A stretch of 64,000 nt of DNA from a virus, in IMG/VR virus record IMGVR_UViG_3300032323_003754, positions 1 to 64,000 of that record, one strand, 5' to 3'. A program made the translations under genes and the position numbers. Within the stretch, counting starts at the first letter, position 1, and each line of letters starts with the position of its first letter. Below, one piece after another: positions 27,901 to 38,000 of the stretch. The notes beneath the pieces are model-generated. The model searched no databases, was not told the DNA's origin, and was given only the letters and a program-made list of their open reading frames with translations.

Positions 27901-29297
27901 AAAACCTAATAGCAGAAATACCTTCCCCTATAAAAAGAATACAGGACATAAACTCAAAAACAAAACTTGGAAGTTTACCCGAGGTCCCTTTTATAAATCT
28001 GCATTCCCGTATTTTAAGTAAGATCAATTCAGTAAAAATACCAGAGGATCCAAAGTTTAAAGAACAGAATAAAAATCTTTCTGCTGATTCAAAAATAGTA
28101 GCATCTTTTAATAATAAGCTTTCTGAGATCAATAAAAGTGAAGAAGATCTATCTAAAATGAATAGTTTAGTTTCTAAGACTGTTGGTGATTATTTGAATT
28201 CCAAAGATTCACCCTTAAGTTCTAAATCTTTATTATCTTTTAAACCTAAAATAAATTCAATACCTAAGATTGGTGGAGAAACGATAGCTGCTGCAGGATT
28301 GGTAGAGAATATACCTAACCCAGTAATAGACTCGTTAAAATCCCAATTAAGTAATGGGATTAAATTAAACACTAAAGACCTAACGGATCTTGTTAATAAT
28401 ACTGCTATAGGAGAGAATAAAGTATTAAGAGCTAGAGATTTAAAACTTATAGTAAAAAACACAGTGAATAAATCCCTTAGTGCGTTTCCTGTAGATCTTA
28501 AAAAATTCAGCATACCTGATCCTGCTAGTGCTGCTAACATAGCAAAAAGTATAAGTGGGTTTTCTTCATCCCTTGAAATTCCTCCATTTCCTCCTAAGAA
28601 AAGTGGAAATCCTGCTTCTCCCCTTGGAATAGGTGGTATTCCCCAAATACAAATACCGGGTAAGGTGATTAGTAATTTTTTGGTAGAGGGAATGTCGTCA
28701 TCGATAGATTCACTGGATATTAATTCAATTATTCCGGGTGGTCTTAATGCTTTTCAAGATTTAAGTGCAGATGATATTAAATCTATGGGAAAAAACATTG
28801 CAACAAATTTTACAAAAAAAGCTAAAATTCCTGCAATAGAAAATATACCTCAAATTCCTTTAACTGCTAGACCCCAGGATTTTACCGAGTTAACGATGAA
28901 CTTTTTACCTATTCATCCTTTTTCTGACATAGCTTTTACCCTTCTCTGGACAAAGTATAAAATGGTTCCTAGAATACCAGTACAATCCTCTTCTATAAAA
29001 CCGATCAGAGATATACAAAATGCATTGATTTATAATATACCTTGGCCGGTTGCTGCTTTAATGGGAAGAAATTTATTAAATATAATAAACCCTCTCTTTA
29101 CTATAGATGATATTCCTAGATGGGATAGAATGACTTTAAAGAATCCTTTTTTCGTTGTTTTCCTTGATGAGTTTTTAAGATCAGCAGCAGATATATCGGG
29201 AGGCTTTAAATTCTTTGTGGGTGCGGGAAAATTATTTTATCCCCTCCCAGATTCTGAAATTAATTTAGGGTTTGGTACTAAAATTAAAATAAACTAA
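24996..29297 (+). CDS. Large hypothetical virion-associated protein (coiled coils, Cys cluster, Pro-rich hydrophobic segments)
   Basis: 1433 aa ORF immediately after the spike gene. Confidence 0.6.
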   Translation: MEINPDKLQDIVDQIKSGKITPQDAAGMLGGTSDPIPTDEEIIANGKELENSIVPVPLILSDDDINDLTCTYSGEELANRMFWLILERQGYLDRISDVPDFRTNRSFDSFLTKKGLEIELNSAKEMVSDNLDLDGIGIKFSGSNRKVRNFGIGPFRFQINIITNKGIPLFFHIAPPKLNLGQIVDRIKSRITPSEGKCKQSTIDEDSMLQSLQELLDQEEENRNLNNLDNIVDEVFCEPNIPINPETGEPLFTEKDLKTFIQEICEPEQETPEAPVIPEIDIEDTTKCINETLSQAKGIFKDVRSNNELKSRNEKAEKELEELLYHYRIIQNFYNTLNSSYNQKIKNKNKIDAGTVTPLIIKNKSLSFVNALRSFSVRFSGSDFTTSGYTGINFALSYPTGLGKSIEYETVKSDSSSELLSDTYQTIDITKLQLGMEFSKNGILGSGNTSFLKSYKNFITLKDQNPKLNSEFFSFVSDVQNTNKSKDEIIKSIEKDHGFLYSNLLESSASPWLFFNSTERGDNDARKSEDLKPSSTDSDGNPNPEFINFWGDYKISWDKKYTSKQKEIDLKIEEIKKISDVFAESLTDHYIVFGSGLGDTQKSLKETSDAIDGRVLEIKNLLMTIGESIQKLDQQNSGDTLSSRASSIKCGKNDDPGVKVKCPSDCCGPAGSGLNKGLNPNTSYGSVDCPTFYTKCYWKEFSKKANIVGLLPVLNGVPPIENPAQFAPNLGMKYWPVGYLPPSFIPLPPPLVNPLDGLPFIRIPMPMIWTKVDPIVIPLPVGLIVIFIPFIGGFMPSPLVFFYDFLTGNSIFLLGMRGFRFIPRKSDPVIPDPLENYKKFLSFGIPNYLFPFSNLGGDNVDSSGRLLQEVISNVEKQLTNVQKNVDFSKIQKVQDDIAKKKKDLEDEALELKRKSAIEGKEAYNEKKKQLEEISKSFDSLKESSIKDTLKDHLKNSIDLPDVTFPKNSKNLIAEIPSPIKRIQDINSKTKLGSLPEVPFINLHSRILSKINSVKIPEDPKFKEQNKNLSADSKIVASFNNKLSEINKSEEDLSKMNSLVSKTVGDYLNSKDSPLSSKSLLSFKPKINSIPKIGGETIAAAGLVENIPNPVIDSLKSQLSNGIKLNTKDLTDLVNNTAIGENKVLRARDLKLIVKNTVNKSLSAFPVDLKKFSIPDPASAANIAKSISGFSSSLEIPPFPPKKSGNPASPLGIGGIPQIQIPGKVISNFLVEGMSSSIDSLDINSIIPGGLNAFQDLSADDIKSMGKNIATNFTKKAKIPAIENIPQIPLTARPQDFTELTMNFLPIHPFSDIAFTLLWTKYKMVPRIPVQSSSIKPIRDIQNALIYNIPWPVAALMGRNLLNIINPLFTIDDIPRWDRMTLKNPFFVVFLDEFLRSAADISGGFKFFVGAGKLFYPLPDSEINLGFGTKIKIN

Positions 29298-29318
29298 AAA
29301 TATCTAAAAACAAAAAAA

Positions 29319-30443
29319 ATGGCTAAGCAAAGACTTTACACAAGGGATGAGTATTCTCCGGAGGAAAGAGCTGTTATGGATGCCCTTTATGAAGGGCACT
29401 TTAAAAGTAATTTTACTGATAATAATATCAAATCTTATTCTAAGGAGCTAGAAGAAAATCAAGTATTAAGTGTTAAAATCACACAGGTAAGAGGAAACAG
29501 TGCAATAGGGGAAACCTTAGTTGGACAATCCGTTTCGATTGATCTATCTAAAGAAGAAAAGGCAATCCGTAGATTAGGATTTCCTCCAATGGATGTTCAG
29601 GAGGGTACTCAACTAGATGTTGTTATTTTCAAGGATAGATCCGGAGCATATAATGGTTCTCTTGCAGCAGGATATGAAAATTCTTTGAAAAATGAATTAT
29701 CAGCATCTATTAAAGATGAAAACACTGCATACAGAGTTAGAATAGATTCAACATGTCCAGGTGGATTCATGGTAAACCTTTCTGGAATTAAATGCTTCCT
29801 TCCAGGATCTTTGGCAGCAGCAAATAGAATTATAGATTTCCAGTCATTTGTTGGTAAAACAATAAATGTTATGATTGAAACGTATGATGAAAAGAGAGAT
29901 ATCTTTGTTGTATCGTTCAAAAAGTATCTAAAGCATATTATAGATGCCAAAGTAGAGGAACTATCTCTAACACAAAAATACACAGGAACAGTTACAGGAA
30001 CATCTAATGCTGGTGTATTTGTTGAGTGGGACGAATACTATACTGGTTTAATTCCTGCCGAGGAATTTGAGAATAGTGGCACTAAAATGGAATTAAATGC
30101 AGGAGGAAGCGTATCATTCTATGTTTCTGACTTCAGAAATCCTAATAGAATAGTATTAAGATTAAACCCACCTGAGGAAAAAGACAGGGAATTACAAGAG
30201 CTTAGAGACGTTTCTTTATTGGAAGATAAAGAAAATAAAATATATAGAGGAACAGTAACCAAAGTTAAAGGTTTTGGGGTTTTTGTAAAACTTGAAAACG
30301 GAATAGTTGGACTAGTTGAAAAGGACTATTTAGCAAAAAATCCTAAAGACTATGAGGTTGGGTCAGAAATGGCATTCACAGTCTTGGATGTAGAGCTACA
30401 GAGTTCGAAACTCTATTTAAAAGAAAAAATTGAAAATACTTGA
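29319..30443 (+). CDS. rpsA: Ribosomal protein S1-like multi-S1-domain RNA-binding protein
   Basis: GGFMVNLSGIKCFLPGS..., YTGTVTGTSNAGVFVE...TGLIP, YRGTVTKVKGFGVFVKL..GIVGLV: at least three S1/OB repeats. Confidence 0.8.
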   Translation: MAKQRLYTRDEYSPEERAVMDALYEGHFKSNFTDNNIKSYSKELEENQVLSVKITQVRGNSAIGETLVGQSVSIDLSKEEKAIRRLGFPPMDVQEGTQLDVVIFKDRSGAYNGSLAAGYENSLKNELSASIKDENTAYRVRIDSTCPGGFMVNLSGIKCFLPGSLAAANRIIDFQSFVGKTINVMIETYDEKRDIFVVSFKKYLKHIIDAKVEELSLTQKYTGTVTGTSNAGVFVEWDEYYTGLIPAEEFENSGTKMELNAGGSVSFYVSDFRNPNRIVLRLNPPEEKDRELQELRDVSLLEDKENKIYRGTVTKVKGFGVFVKLENGIVGLVEKDYLAKNPKDYEVGSEMAFTVLDVELQSSKLYLKEKIENT

Positions 30444-31893
30444 TCAAAATTTTTATTATGCAGCTCAAATAGGATTCGAGTTTGAATTCATGTCGTCTTT
30501 TACTAGAGACGAAATAGCAGACAAAATTGGGGAAGATTTAGGGAAAAAAGTTAAGGTATTTAGAAAATACCACTCTAAATTTTCCCCAACTCGTGATATT
30601 TTTAAGTTAGAGCCTGATTTTTCCGGGGGTTTAAAAATGGTAGAGCTAATTACCGGACCGATGGATTATTTTGAGGCTATTCCAGTTTTAATTAGAATTC
30701 TTAAATGGATAGACGAAAACGGATACACCACTGAAAAATCTGCATTACAATTTGGGCTAAGCTTTGATAGATTAAAATATCCATCGCTGGTTGATTTTAA
30801 GGAGTTAAATCCCTTGAAATTTGTTTTGGGTTTTGATGAGGAATTTATTTGGAAGAGATTTCCGGAAAGAAGAGGATCTTTATATGCTAAATCCATTAAG
30901 AGAATCTCCCCCTCTAATAAGTTCATTAGAGGATATAAAGACGTTTTAGGCGATCGAAATGCTTATAAAGTTTACACCGAGAAAAATATGGGTGTAAATC
31001 TAACCAAACTCGAAAAGGGCTATATGGAGGTTAGATACATGGGGGGTACAGATTATCAGAAAAAATACTCAGAGATAAAGGAAGTCATAGATTATACTAT
31101 TAGTCATACCTTTAAATCGCTTTTAAGCAACGACACACTAAGCCAAAAAGAAACTGCTACCCTTAGTGAGTTAATTTCTAACGTTTATAAAGATACCGAG
31201 AGTTTTATTGATGCAGAATCTTTCATGAGAAATTATCCAAATTTTCATGTTAGCGTGGATTTAAGAGAAGATTTACAAATAATTAAAACATATTTTAATG
31301 AGGTTAGAAATATCCTTTATAGCTTAATTGTTGAAAATTCAGTAACGGAAGGATTTTTAAACTACGACACCCAAATATCTAAATATCAATTAAAAGACGC
31401 GGTCACTAATAATGCCAACATGATAAAGGATCTTGATTTGATCGAATGTGAGATAGAGGGAAATATTGGGAGATGTAGATTATTTGGTTGTGTATTAAAT
31501 AATTGCCAGGTAGAGGATTCACAATTAGTTATGAACAACGATGTGAAAGAATCTAAAATAATAGATTGTGATCTAAGTTTTAGTAACAAGGTAATAAATT
31601 CCTATATAGATTCAAAGGATAGAGAAATCAGCTGTGAAATCGAAGGGGGAGTAATTAGATCTGGGTATATTACAAATCTGGCGGAGGTATCAAAAGAAAC
31701 AGAAGTTATCAGTGATAGCGCAGATGCTAAAGGAAAGGATAAAGGAAAAGGCAAAGGCGGTAAAATGTTAGTGACCTCTGTATTTCCTGACAGAAATGAT
31801 GACGGACAAATAAGGCCACAGGGACCTTTCAGCGATCTAAATAGCGGAAAACCTAGTTTTTCGATAAATAGATTGTTTAAAAATAACGAATAA
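30430..31893 (+). CDS. Amidoligase (COOH-NH2 ligase)-like protein with C-terminal beta-helix-like region
   Basis: IGFEFEF, LEPDFSGG..MVELITGP, YMEVRYMGG; short repetitive Cys/Ile/Asn-rich C-terminal strands. Confidence 0.6.
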   Translation: MKILDQNFYYAAQIGFEFEFMSSFTRDEIADKIGEDLGKKVKVFRKYHSKFSPTRDIFKLEPDFSGGLKMVELITGPMDYFEAIPVLIRILKWIDENGYTTEKSALQFGLSFDRLKYPSLVDFKELNPLKFVLGFDEEFIWKRFPERRGSLYAKSIKRISPSNKFIRGYKDVLGDRNAYKVYTEKNMGVNLTKLEKGYMEVRYMGGTDYQKKYSEIKEVIDYTISHTFKSLLSNDTLSQKETATLSELISNVYKDTESFIDAESFMRNYPNFHVSVDLREDLQIIKTYFNEVRNILYSLIVENSVTEGFLNYDTQISKYQLKDAVTNNANMIKDLDLIECEIEGNIGRCRLFGCVLNNCQVEDSQLVMNNDVKESKIIDCDLSFSNKVINSYIDSKDREISCEIEGGVIRSGYITNLAEVSKETEVISDSADAKGKDKGKGKGGKMLVTSVFPDRNDDGQIRPQGPFSDLNSGKPSFSINRLFKNNE

Positions 31894-31896
31894 GCG

Positions 31897-32667
31897 ATGA
31901 ATACCACGGAAGATCAGTTGATACAGGAGGTTAAGGATGATATTTCTCACTCGTGTGCTTTACCATATGCCTTAAATGATGGAGAAATAAAAAGAATTAT
32001 AAAAAGGGCCAAAGCTTATTTTTATGACAACTACCAATATGCTGTCGAGGATAAGATCTTGGTATTGCCCGCTGTAATATTTGCAGGACCCCAATTTAGA
32101 GCAACAAGACAGGTTCAACTTCCTGAGTGTGTAGTAAGTGTATGGGACGTGAGAGAGGTTGGGGGATCTGGAATAGTTGGTACTCCTGACAGAGATTTTG
32201 GAGATAGTAAATTACTAGGTTCTGAGTTAATGCTAAGTCCTTTCGTTGGAGATAATTTAGTTTACAGAACAGTATTATATTCATTTTTCGATTTAGCAAA
32301 AGCATATCTATTAGAGACATTTGCTTTTAATTATAATAAAAATACCAAAAGACTGACAATAAATGGTAGAGACCCCAATAGAACAACATCCACTGGATTA
32401 ACTATGGGCGGTAGAGACGTCGGGGTTAGAGCATTTATTGCAATTCCTGAGGAAAATCTTTATTCTGATGAACTTTTTGTTAGATATGTTTTAGCAGAGG
32501 CTAAAATCAATATAGGTAGACTTTTAGGAACATTCTCATATAAATTACCAGGAGACGTCACAATTAACGCTACCGCTATTCAATCTATAGGACAGGCAGA
32601 GAAAACTGAGGTTATGGAAATGATTAAAAGCGAAAACACCCCTAGCTACTTTTTACAGTGGAACTAG
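31897..32667 (+). CDS. Neck/head-completion protein (T4 gp13-like)
   Basis: EIKRIIKRAKAYFYDNY and FVRYVLAEAK..IG..L..F.YKLPGDVTINA resemble gp13 motifs. Confidence 0.7.
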   Translation: MNTTEDQLIQEVKDDISHSCALPYALNDGEIKRIIKRAKAYFYDNYQYAVEDKILVLPAVIFAGPQFRATRQVQLPECVVSVWDVREVGGSGIVGTPDRDFGDSKLLGSELMLSPFVGDNLVYRTVLYSFFDLAKAYLLETFAFNYNKNTKRLTINGRDPNRTTSTGLTMGGRDVGVRAFIAIPEENLYSDELFVRYVLAEAKINIGRLLGTFSYKLPGDVTINATAIQSIGQAEKTEVMEMIKSENTPSYFLQWN

Positions 32668-32715
32668 TCCCTTTAATTATCTTCTCCTAATATTTATAAA
32701 TATATAAGGAAGATA

Positions 32716-33087
32716 ATGATCAAAATTTCGGACATATACCCAAGAAATCCTGATGATCCACTTTATGTGCCAAATAAGCTGGAGACTGACGATGTCGTAG
32801 AATCCACTATAGGTATGATAAAGCAGATTATGCTAACCAAACCTGGTTCGGTTCTTGGTGACCCGTTTTTTGGTATAGATCTTGAATCACTTATATTTGA
32901 TTTTGAGGTTTCCCAATCAGAGTTGGAAGAGGCAATAAGCTTACAGCTTTATACCTACTGTACATTTGCTAGGGGAATATTAAAAATAGATTTTAAGGTT
33001 GGATTCTACCAGGGAGACACCAGAGATAGTTGTGTTATTGAATTTGGAATCAAAGGAAACCCGGTATTAGGAATAAAGGTAATTTAA
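32716..33087 (+). CDS. Baseplate wedge/sheath initiator (gp25-like)
   Basis: IKQIMLTKPGSVLGDPFFGIDLESLIFD. Confidence 0.8.
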   Translation: MIKISDIYPRNPDDPLYVPNKLETDDVVESTIGMIKQIMLTKPGSVLGDPFFGIDLESLIFDFEVSQSELEEAISLQLYTYCTFARGILKIDFKVGFYQGDTRDSCVIEFGIKGNPVLGIKVI

Positions 33088-33090
33088 AAA

Positions 33091-34815
33091 ATGGATTTAT
33101 TTAAAAAAAATCGGGCCAGAATACAGGATCTATTACAAGATACACTGGACCTTATACAAAGAAGATACAATCAAGCAAACCAGCTATTTACGGTGGCTTC
33201 TGCTTGGGGACAAATTTTGTTTGTTTTACAGAACCTTTCCCAGCTTATTCTATTTTTTATAGAGGATTCGATCACTGAACTTGACATTAAAAAAGCAAGT
33301 AGAGAAAGCTCGGTTTATGGATTAGCTGCTTTAACCGGACATAATGCAACAAGGAGTAGTTCAGCAAGGGGTCAAGTAGAAATAATATGGAATGGCATAG
33401 ATTCAACAACCGTTGGAGGTGGTGCAATACTAATTCCTAGATATGCCTCTATAAAATTTCAAAACGGAGGTACTGGATATCTTTTAAATCTACCACAGGA
33501 TTTTGCTAGAATTAACCTTAATTCATCAACTAAAGTAACCTGCGAAATTATAGAGGGTAGTATAAGATCTACAGTTTTTACCGGTAATGGTACTATACTA
33601 CAAAGCTATAACGTTTCAGATAGGGTAACATCTGCTATAGACAATTTTGAGGTTAAGGTTTTTGTCAATAGCGAGGAATGGAAGGTTTACGATTCTTTAT
33701 ATGACATACCATATAACTACAAAGGATGTTTAGTAAAAACCGGAATAAGTAGTGGTATAGATGTTATATTTGGAAATTTAAACTTCGGAAGAATCCCTGC
33801 ATTAGGCTCTACTATTACTGTGCAGTATGTTGAGACGGTAGGAACTGGGGGTAATATTAATTCTATAGAACCTAATAAAATAGCATTTGAATTCGACGAT
33901 GACGGAACGGACGTTTACGGAAACAACGTTTCTTTAAAGGAGTATCTAAAAGTTAGTTGTATAACTGCACCACAACTGGGAATCAATAAAGAGTCTATTC
34001 AATTGACCAGAATATTAGCTCCTAAAACTTCAAGATCGTATGTTCTTGCAAATCCGGATAACTATATTACATATTTTGAAAAATTCGGTACATTCTCTAT
34101 TATAGAGGCATTTTCAACCTTTGATGATCAGTATTTAGATGACGACAATATTATTTACGTTCTATTGGTTCCCGATATCACACAGAAGCTAAAAACAAAC
34201 GAGACGTACTTTGACATCAAGGAATCTGAATTTACACTAACTTCATTTCAAAAAAATAGATTATTAAATTCTATTGAAGAGAGCGGACAAAAAATAGTTA
34301 CCACCGAGGTTAAAATATTAGAACCTAAAATCTCAAGATACGTCATTAACGTATTAATTACGATGTTTGAAGGATATGATCCAGCAACGGTTAAAGGACA
34401 AATTATAGATTCAATTAGTACCTACTTCATCGGGATCAGAAGAAGGGATAAAATACCAAGATCAGATCTTATTGCTATCGTTGAATCTATCCCTGGAGTA
34501 GATTCGGTAACTCTTTTCTTTGTTTCTCAGAAAAATGAAAACTACGCTATAAGCGTTTCCTCTTTATCTGATACTGATCCTAAGAAAAAAATAGTTTTAG
34601 GTTTGGATGAATTTGGTGATATCTCTTTTGATAAAGATGAGATTGCAATAATTACCGGTGGATGGTCAGACAGGGCTGGTCTTTTCTATGATAGGGGAGC
34701 GGATTTAAACAAACTTTCTTCTATAAATATAGATGTTAGAAGCATAGTCCCTATCACGCATAATACTGAAATAAACCAGAGGAACAAGACCTTTATAAAA
34801 AATAGCACTCAATAA
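33091..34815 (+). CDS. Baseplate wedge protein (gp6/baseplate J-like)
   Basis: ASRESSVYGLAALTGHNATR, VIFGNLNFGRIP..GSTITVQY..T.G..GN, ES...TR, SDLIAIVESIPGVDSV. Confidence 0.8.
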   Translation: MDLFKKNRARIQDLLQDTLDLIQRRYNQANQLFTVASAWGQILFVLQNLSQLILFFIEDSITELDIKKASRESSVYGLAALTGHNATRSSSARGQVEIIWNGIDSTTVGGGAILIPRYASIKFQNGGTGYLLNLPQDFARINLNSSTKVTCEIIEGSIRSTVFTGNGTILQSYNVSDRVTSAIDNFEVKVFVNSEEWKVYDSLYDIPYNYKGCLVKTGISSGIDVIFGNLNFGRIPALGSTITVQYVETVGTGGNINSIEPNKIAFEFDDDGTDVYGNNVSLKEYLKVSCITAPQLGINKESIQLTRILAPKTSRSYVLANPDNYITYFEKFGTFSIIEAFSTFDDQYLDDDNIIYVLLVPDITQKLKTNETYFDIKESEFTLTSFQKNRLLNSIEESGQKIVTTEVKILEPKISRYVINVLITMFEGYDPATVKGQIIDSISTYFIGIRRRDKIPRSDLIAIVESIPGVDSVTLFFVSQKNENYAISVSSLSDTDPKKKIVLGLDEFGDISFDKDEIAIITGGWSDRAGLFYDRGADLNKLSSINIDVRSIVPITHNTEINQRNKTFIKNSTQ

Positions 34816-35069
34816 TGTTTACTACAGAAAGAAAAAGTTATTACGAATATATTGGATCAACAGAGGATAGAAGATCTAACGCGGGATTTGATTACGAGGG
34901 AAAAATTCTCGAAAAAACTATGTCTTCTATAACACTTAGCGGCGATTCCAGTAGAAAAAATATACTAGAGTCAATTGAAAAGGTTGTTTTTAGATTAATA
35001 GAGACCACAAAGAATATTAGAAACTTTGTAAATTATAGAGTTCCTAAAAATAATAAGTACGTTAGATAA
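34815..35069 (+). CDS. Small baseplate-associated hypothetical protein
   Basis: Translationally coupled on both sides (TAATG at 34813 and 35067). Confidence 0.65.
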   Translation: MFTTERKSYYEYIGSTEDRRSNAGFDYEGKILEKTMSSITLSGDSSRKNILESIEKVVFRLIETTKNIRNFVNYRVPKNNKYVR

Positions 35070-38000
35070 TGAGTTATAAAAATTTACTCTTTTTCAATAA
35101 ATCGGGAAGCCAGACAAACTTAATTTGGAATGGTGATTTTTGGGAAGCTAGACTAATGCTGCCTGCGGTTTCTGTTGATCTTTTTGAAATCGAGCATTTT
35201 TTTATTGTTGAGAAATTTAAAAATTCTCAGGGTGAGATAGTCTATGGATACCCACACATAACCCCGGATCTGTCAGGTACAACCTCTGCTTCAAAAATCT
35301 TTGGATCCTTTATTGCTGGATCAAGGAAGGTTGTAACGGACGTTGAACCTAAATTATCCTATGTAGGAGCTAAGCTTTTTTCTGTCCAATTTCCTAACGG
35401 CAATGAGGTAGTAGCAGTAGATGTTTCTGCAAAGACATTAACCCTTAATGATCCAGCAACCTATAACGAAACCTTAGTACCACTGGTTTTTAATATGTGG
35501 AAAGCTTCGTTTGAAACAACTAGAAACGTTTTAGATTTTGATACTTTCCCATCTTTTAAAGGCGAAGTAGTTAAAGGCAAAGATTACATTACTACCAATA
35601 TAGATCTAAACTCTATTAAGGAAAGCTCCGAGCATTTAATGGTTCTGGGAAATGGAATTCCTAAGGATGCTAGAATAACCAGCATATCCGGAAAAAATAT
35701 TTACCTAAATAAGATATGTGAGGTTTCTCTTAAAAACACCACAGTTTTTGTTTATCCAGTAGAGGAAAGAAATGACGTTTCTGATTATATCTTCCAATAT
35801 GAATTATTAGAAGATCAGACACTAGATGCACCCGTATTAAATTCGATGCAAGACTCCTATATTAAAATAGGATACGATCCATCGGAATCCATAATTGATA
35901 ACACAAGAAATACTAATTTAATAGATTCTTCTAGTGTTTCTATTAATATAGCTCTAAAATCTAGTGAAGAAGGTATTTTTGGTAGAACACTAGTTATAGA
36001 AGATCTTTCTTTAGGCTATCCAAAAATTATAGCACGCATAGAAATACATGGCGAGACTATAGGAGAAGATGAGAGATACAAAACAATGTTATCTAACTTT
36101 GGTAGAAGACTAAATTCTGAAGATGCGTTTATCCTAAGAGATACCGATCCTAAAGAGCCTTATACCGATTATGAAATAGTAAACGCTAAAAGAAAAGAAT
36201 TACTTCTAGAGGGTCATGAGATTTTTCCATATTTAGGATCTTATAAGGGTTTAATTAATGCAATTAGATTTTTTGGATATCAGGATTTAAGAATTAAAGA
36301 ATACTGGCTCAATATTAAAAAATCAGATACCGCAGAATCTGCTTTAAAACAAAATTCAGACTTTGTTGAGAAATTAAAATCTGAACCAAAGAGTCAATCG
36401 ACTTTAATCGGAAGTTTGCTTGATGATGAAAACTCAGACAAATACAAGCAGATAGAAATATACGGAAAAAAGAAAGACGGAACCTACGGATTAAAATCCC
36501 CTATTGAAAATTTATTTCCTTCTTCAAGTTTTAAGAAAACATCTCTGTTTGGATTATTTTATGATATCAATAAAATAGTAGAAGACGAATTTGATCAATT
36601 TGGTTATCCAGTAGTTGAAAATGCTTTTTTGTTTTCACCAGATGAAGTTTTAATGAAGCTGTTTGGTCTTAAAGAAAAACTAAAAAAAGATTACCTCCCA
36701 CTTAATGCAAGAATAATTGATATCACGGGGGAAGGTGTGTATTTCGGTGTATACAAAACCAGAGGATGGGTAGATAATTTAAAAATAGACGAACTAAATC
36801 AGGGTTTAGATGTTGAGATAAAGGCTTATCCTGAGTATGGTTATATCGAGGATTTAAGACCGTTTGGAATAAGGACAAACAGAACAACACCATACGTTCC
36901 TTTTGTTGGGTCTAATCAGTCCGTTTATAAGTTAAGCAATTATGGAAACACCGTACAACCTTTACCAACAAATCCAGTTTTAAGAGGTTCGGAATCTAAA
37001 AGACTTGCAGATGCTATCATTAATTTTTATGATGAAAGAAATTTCTTAGGAATAGAAAAATTTAGATTAGGCGATGGAGATAGTAAAAATGGGGGTTACC
37101 TTAAACTTTCCGATGGGTTAAAATATGAAGTGCCCGCAGGATTTCCTACAGTTTTAGAAGTTACGTCCTTTATATTAACTTGGGACGAGATAACAAATAA
37201 ATGGGAGGGATTGGACAGAAACGTTTCTACCTACTCAACCCAGATTGCATCTTTTAGTGATATCTTAAATTATACAGGAGATACCCATATTGATTCATCC
37301 TTTAATTTTACATTTAATCTTAATACTCTTTTTGGTACGATATTCAATGTTACCCTACCTACTGGTATATCCTTTTTGAATCCAACGGTAGGAAAGGTTC
37401 AGATTAAATTCACATCTACTGATGATTCCGCTTGTCACTTTGTTGCCGAGGTTCAATCCTATAATACTTTAACCGGTGCTTGTGTTTTAAAACTTTTGAA
37501 TGTTAAAAACGAAGGGGCGTTTAGTTCATGGGATATTGAATTAACAAACATATCCTCTAGTAGATTGGATGTAGAATATTATGACTATTCTTTTAATCCT
37601 GATGGATTCTATTCGTGGGAAAACCTAAGATTTGCTGGATTTTACGAGATAGAATGGACAGTAGAGAAGAAAGATGATAACCCCTTCTATTACGAATTTA
37701 GAGGCCGTTTAAGCGACTATTATAAAATCCCAGTGGTATTACCGTACGATGGAATATACTCCGTTAAATGCAGAGTATGGGACGGATTCAATGATATATG
37801 CTCAGTATATTATGAAAACTATATCGAGGTTAAGAAAAGAGATATAGAACTTGCAAATGTTGCTAGATTTAGAGAGACTGAGGTCTATACCTGGGAAAAT
37901 ACCAAAAAAGACTGGAACAGTTATGGTTCAATGTGGTTATACCCGATAGAAGGAACTGAAAGAATTAAAATATCTAATCAGATACTTAATTTTAGCGAAT

